Shown here piece after piece: positions 58,290-64,000 of a DNA stretch of 64,000 nucleotides. The position numbers and the translations under genes are program-made. The notes under the pieces are model-generated. The model worked only from the letters and a program-made list of their open reading frames with translations, ran no database searches and was not told the origin of the DNA. The stretch's first letter is position 1, and every line of letters starts with the position of its first letter. This DNA comes from Eledone cirrhosa (lineage: Eukaryota): assembly GCA_964016885.1 (NCBI GenBank), contig OZ024740.1, positions 326,802,001-326,866,000 on the forward strand. Reading direction: 5' to 3'.

Positions 58290-58424
58290 GTGCATATATA
58301 TATATATGTATATATGTACATGTATGTATGTATGTATATATATATGTGTGTATATATATATATGCATACATATGTATATATATATATATATATGTATGTA
58401 TATATATATATATATATATATATA

Positions 58425-58481
<57 letters not shown>

Positions 58482-59958
58482 GTATATATATATATACGTA
58501 AACAAATATAATCAAGTTTACAAACTCTGAAGGTAAGTAGATAAATTAACACCACATACAGATTGATACAGATTCAGAAAATATGCAAAATATATTCAAT
58601 ATATATATATATACATACATAATTACAAATATAATCGGTATTAAAATAATGGGACAGATCCTTTCTCTTGAATATGTTAGTGGATAAACTGTTCCCTCCT
58701 GCCAGCCAACCATTTGTTCATGCATCTCTCTATACGTCTTTTAATCGATACAAACATCCAATAATAAATTTAACAAGCCATCAATCCATGAATCAATTTA
58801 TCCAAAATCAATACATTAGTCAATTCTCCCATCTATCCAATACTTCAGTCATGCTCATGAACCATCAATGTAACAACCATCACCAATCAGTAAATATTTG
58901 ATCCATCAGTGAATCAACTCATCCAATAATCTGCCCATCGATTCATCGATTTCTCTATCTATCAATCCGTATATCCTTCCTCGGAACCCTCCCAATGTTG
59001 TTTTCTTTCCTTCTTCCTTCTATAAGTATATGCACACACATACACACATCTTTTTGTGAATACATGCACACGCACGCACATCTTTTATGACTATATGCAC
59101 ACACACAACACATTCCTACATGCATACAAGCATCCACAAATGCATACACATGCATATATATACATATATACACATTTAGACATACACATGCAGGTATATA
59201 ATCATACATATATACATACATTCGTACATTCACTCATGTATATGTGCTGAAGGCAAACTGAATTACACAAACTAACCTTCGCCCCAAACAATACAATAAC
59301 TAGTCTTTAATGAAGGATTAGTGATATATTGTAATAATCAGTATATAAATATTAATTTCAAAGGCTTCAAATAAATTAACATATGAGACGGTGTGGCATA
59401 CTTTTCTCAAGAGCATCACTTGGCCATTATAAGTAGAATAACATTTCACAACAACATGAAATTGGAACTGATTTCATGGTTCAACCTCATTCACTTTTCC
59501 AATACAACAATAATGATTGTTTCCTCACAGAACATTTCTAGCCCTTAAGACTTCAAATTGACCAATAACACCACTACGCTCTTTCGGGGCTCAATGTACA
59601 CCATTTGAGGAAGGTTCTAACGCACTTTAGACTATTTATATTCTCTACAGACCAAAACAACAACAAAACACTCCTCCAACATGAAGCCCGGAGTTGATTT
59701 ATAAATAACAGTATTTATTAAAAGAATTCTAATCAGTAATTGAAACTTCATAAAAAAAGATCTGAAACAAATTTAACATTTACCAACCATCCACAATGCA
59801 CGATATTCCAATATTGTTTCTTCATTTTTCTGTGAGGCACATGCTTGTTTTTTTTTACAATAAGATTTTGTGAGTGGACGGGAGATTTAGTCGATTGGTT
59901 CAACGCCAGCCTATTACAGGTATAATATATATATACATATGTGTATATATATATGTAC

Positions 59959-60153
<195 letters not shown>

Positions 60154-60235
60154 TATATATATATATGTATGTATATATCTATATATATCTATATATATAG
60201 ACATACGTGTATGTATATATATACGTATATATATA

Positions 60236-60269
<34 letters not shown>

Positions 60270-60275
60270 GACATA

Positions 60276-60333
<58 letters not shown>

Positions 60334-60429
60334 AATATATATATATGGTATCGACTCTGGAGGGATGAAATGCAAAGTACGCCCTCGAAAAGGCACCAAA
60401 CTAGATACTTCAAAGCAATTATGTAATCC

Positions 60430-60860
60430 ATTTCTTAATTTCTGCAATTTATGTGATGTATTCAACTCTTTCAACTTATTACACGATCTTAATAAAATAT
60501 TTATTATAACCTTGACCTCTTATCGAGAATCTGGGCAAAACATTGTTGGGGATGAACCACTCCCTAATATATTGTTGGCATATCTATTGGTGCTCTTTAT
60601 GCATAAATATCAAGAGCTAGTCCAATGGCATTTAACCTCTTGACAGTGGGAGGATGGTCAAGTTACATATTGTGGTATGTTTAGTTCTGCTCCTATTGTA
60701 ATATTGTACTATTGTAATATGTTTAGTCTCAGCCACTTCAAAAACTCATCAACACCACCTCCACCCCCACTTTATAAGTATTTCGCTGCATGACTGAATT
60801 TTGTAGAGAAGATACATCCAGGTGATTGAATCAACTGGAATCGTTTGCTTAATACTTATT
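60430..60860 (-). pseudogene. Possible decayed PLE RT C-terminal remnant
   Basis: Fragments such as HLDV and HPPTVKR in mixed frames. Confidence 0.3.
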
Positions 60861-63089
60861 TCATTGATCGCTGATGATTGAAAAAAACAGAATTGACAAT
60901 AGTAAGATTGGATTTCTAAACCTAATGACACTTCAAACACTAGAATTGGTACAATATAGTCGAGAGGAAGACTCTCAGGGGAGCGTTCTGCATACTAAAC
61001 ACCCATACGGTAGGGTTTCACATATAGAATATAGTGAGTTGAAAAACCTCAATTAACTGAGATTATTCATTCAATTAGAATACAAAATGACTCTAAGAGT
61101 GTTTAAAATCTAAAACTAATAAACAAGGGAAACAATTCCAATAAGATCAGCTAACAAAAAGTCTTGGAGACGATGCAGATGGAAGTGGATGTTGTCTTTA
61201 AAGAATTGGTGGGTGAGTAGTCATTTGTTTCGTTATGAATAGAACAAGAATCAAAACCTTTATCCCACGACAAACTAGAATATACACTTATTCTATATGT
61301 TTTGGGGTATTTGGGGGCATTTGTTTCCATTTCTACTAAATAATCCCATTGAATTTACATATACTAAGTTTTATATAAAATCAATATTGATGATATTGAT
61401 TTGCTTTTGTATAAACTTAAGAGGTAATTTTTGTTGCAGCAGGAGATATTGTTAATTGAATATATATTTCATTATATTACTGGTACATGTTTTATCAATC
61501 ATTAAGGAATGAAAAGAAAAGTTAATTTTCTCAATGAGGACGTATGAACGTAGAAAGTTGAAATTGCTGCAATATATTTACTCCGAAGCTCTACTGTCTT
61601 AAACATCTCATTAAGTTTTAATTTCTTATAGAGACACAGGACCATACATTTGAGGGAAAGAGTGTAGTGTATTACATCAACTCCAACACTTGACTGCTAC
61701 TTCATGTTATCGACACTGTAAAGATGAGTGGCAAAATCAGGCCCGGCGATATTTGAACCCAGAACGTTAAAGCTATTCGATCATTAAATATTGATTCCAA
61801 CGCAAATATTTATTTATTCACATCATTATGTGTTTGTTTTTAAAATAGGCAATCAAATCAACGCCTTTCAATGTCTTTAAATAAATGTTATGAAAATAAA
61901 ATAAATAATGGATGTTTGCTCCCATTGCGACCATAAAATGAATCACTGCTTAATTTGAATGTTCGTCAATATTCTGCTGTAAAATCTGTCAAAACTTTAT
62001 ATGAAAATTAACATGCATGTAGTTAATAGTTCTCTGTGTGTAATTCATTATAGGAAGCCAAAACAACTATTCACGTTTCTAATTGATTGTTTCGACAACG
62101 GAATCTCAAAAGACCAAATGCTATTTTTATAAATAGCTATTGGTTTTGATGAGGCACAAAAGCCCCGTATTTTAAAGAAACAATTTGAGATTTTGAAACG
62201 GTTATATTTTTTATCCTCGAATGTATTAACAGTTTCTATGAAGAGAAATGCTTTCAAATAGGTATCGAAACTAGTTTGCTATTTCGGTTGGCCAGACTAA
62301 GCCATTTGTTCTAATATTCACCGATGTCCTATAAATATTAGTAAACAAGCCATATAAATGTTTAGTACGACACTATATGATATAAACCTTGGCCTTTGTA
62401 CTTTTAGTAAGACTTGTGAACTAAAGAAATAAAAGAAAAGTATGTTTGTTTAAGTGATTCATTTTGATTCATATCGAAACAGAGGTCGTTAAGGAATCTT
62501 AACGAAGGAGTAACTAGACTTACACACGTTTCCACTCTCGGTTATCAACAAAGCCTTCGAGGCACACCATGTTCTAGGACGGTTGATTACTTTAATTTCA
62601 GCGAGTTCTACAAAAGGAATGAAATAATATGAAATGCATTTAGATTTCTTTCTAAATACTTGATCTATTGAAATTTTGTTTAATTTATTACTATTACGTG
62701 ACCAAAGACTGGGCATATACATTTGTACATTTGTATCACATGTCAGTCATTATTGTTTGGTTAATTTTGCCCACATTTTCCTTTGTTTAAAGTAAGGCCC
62801 CCATATAGTAACACCATTTTTCCTTTTGTTATTTGATGGAATATAAAGAACATACTGCAACTGACGAGTGTCATATGTCACAAAACTCGTTCAGAACTAA
62901 CAATCTTCTGCAAATATATCCCGCTGCTAACCATAAAAATTTATAGAAGGTCTAACATAAATTGAATTATGAAAAGGATCTAAATCTAAACCTTTATTAT
63001 TCAGCCATTCGCGACAGAAGCTTCCAAAACAAACAAACACAGATATATATATATACATATATGAGAAACTGCGTTAAAAACAAAACAAA

Positions 63090-63277
63090 AAGAAAAAAAA
63101 ACGAGATGTCCTACACGGGTGATAGTATAAGGAAAAGAAATTGAAAATACAACTGAAGTCTTTTAAGAATATTTATTTATTTACTTTAGCGGTTTCACAG
63201 TTCTAATGCTTTTCAAAAGTAAATAAATAAATATTCTTAAAAGACTCCAGTCACATTTTCAATTTCTTTTCCTTATA
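63090..63277 (-). mobile_element. Fold-back fragment related to family H with degenerate U3-A8 HHR (63183-63220)
   Basis: Arms 63125-63186 and 63217-63277; ACTT-TTGAAAA-GCATTAGAACTGT-GAAA-CCGC-TA-AAGT; gactccag..cattttc shared with 57469-57486. Confidence 0.6.
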
Positions 63278-63401
63278 TGAGGTGAGATGTACTGTCTTTA
63301 ATGAGTCGAAACATCAGCGAGCCACAGCAGACAGCAGAAGAGCGGGATCTGTCCTCATGTTTGTGTTTCTCTCACATTTTCTTAACAATATTCATTAGTA
63401 A

Positions 63402-63409
<8 letters not shown>

Positions 63410-63488
<79 letters not shown>
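63410..63488. repeat. (GA)n microsatellite
   Basis: Direct reading. Confidence 0.95.
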
Positions 63489-63490
<2 letters not shown>

Positions 63491-63741
63491 TACGATACGT
63501 ATATTCAGGCATATATATATACGGCAATTATAATATACGGATCGGAAAAATCTCTTTCCTAGAGCTATTTTATTATAAGAGACTATTTATTTTGAGTTTC
63601 TAACTCAATATATAGCTTTGATATATATATATATATATATATATATAATAGATTTTTATATATTTCAATTTCTAATTCATTTGTCTATATCTTTTTTTGA
63701 TTTTCTTGATGAGTTTTTCTAAGTATTTACCCATGTTTTAT

Positions 63742-63819
63742 ATTGCCTCGTCTGACGAACGAATGAAGACGTTTATTTCGTATTCGCCTCATTCGGGAAA
63801 CCTCTGGTAATGAGGTAAT
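63742..63819 (+). ncRNA. Type I hammerhead ribozyme in a short island between (TA)n tracts
   Basis: ATTGCCTCGT-CTGACGA-A-CGAATGA..TCATTCG-G-GAAA-CC-TCT-GG-TA-ATGAGGTAAT; 10-bp stem I including G-U pairs. Confidence 0.78.
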
Positions 63820-63841
63820 TATATTGTATTGATTTTTATAC

Positions 63842-63882
<41 letters not shown>

Positions 63883-64000
63883 GATAACAAGTTATCGTTA
63901 TAGGTGATCCAGTTAGAAGTTGTGAGTACTCTGCGTCGTCTGAGTACTCTAAAGATTTGGTCAGAGGTGAATAATGTAATGGAGATCGAGTGACGCAACT

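Noticed and set aside
62860-62895. HHR-like CTGACGA-GTG..CAC-AAAA-CTCG-TT
   Set aside because: GAAA is mutated and there is no stem I pairing; at best a decayed remnant.

Overview
Eukaryotic, very AT-rich window with no recognisable host gene. The SINE content and the abundance of (TA)n/(CA)n tracts suggest an octopus or other cephalopod (inference). Almost all long ORFs in the track are translations of microsatellites. The real content is a dense set of retroelement insertions, most of them embedded in (TA)n tracts. Coding elements: Penelope-like elements (PLEs) of at least three types (two Hydra-clade-like copies, one with RDDG RT plus CxC GIY-YIG and one with only the GIY-YIG end; one Neptune-like; one probably Nematis-like with a 689-aa open RT+GIY-YIG frame), a near full-length Dong/R4-type RLE LINE ending in (TAA)n, and a 5'-truncated CR1/L2-group LINE. 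There are also tRNA-derived Meta-domain-like SINEs. The most notable layer is non-coding: about 20 type I hammerhead ribozyme (HHR) motifs from more than 10 sequence families, read by hand. Many are non-canonical (U3-A8 core, U4A/U4C core, unpaired 10.1/11.1 position, very long stem II). Several sit in ORF-less 467-604 bp tandem or fold-back units that resemble retrozymes or non-autonomous PLEs. All folds were paired by eye; no folding software or database search was run.
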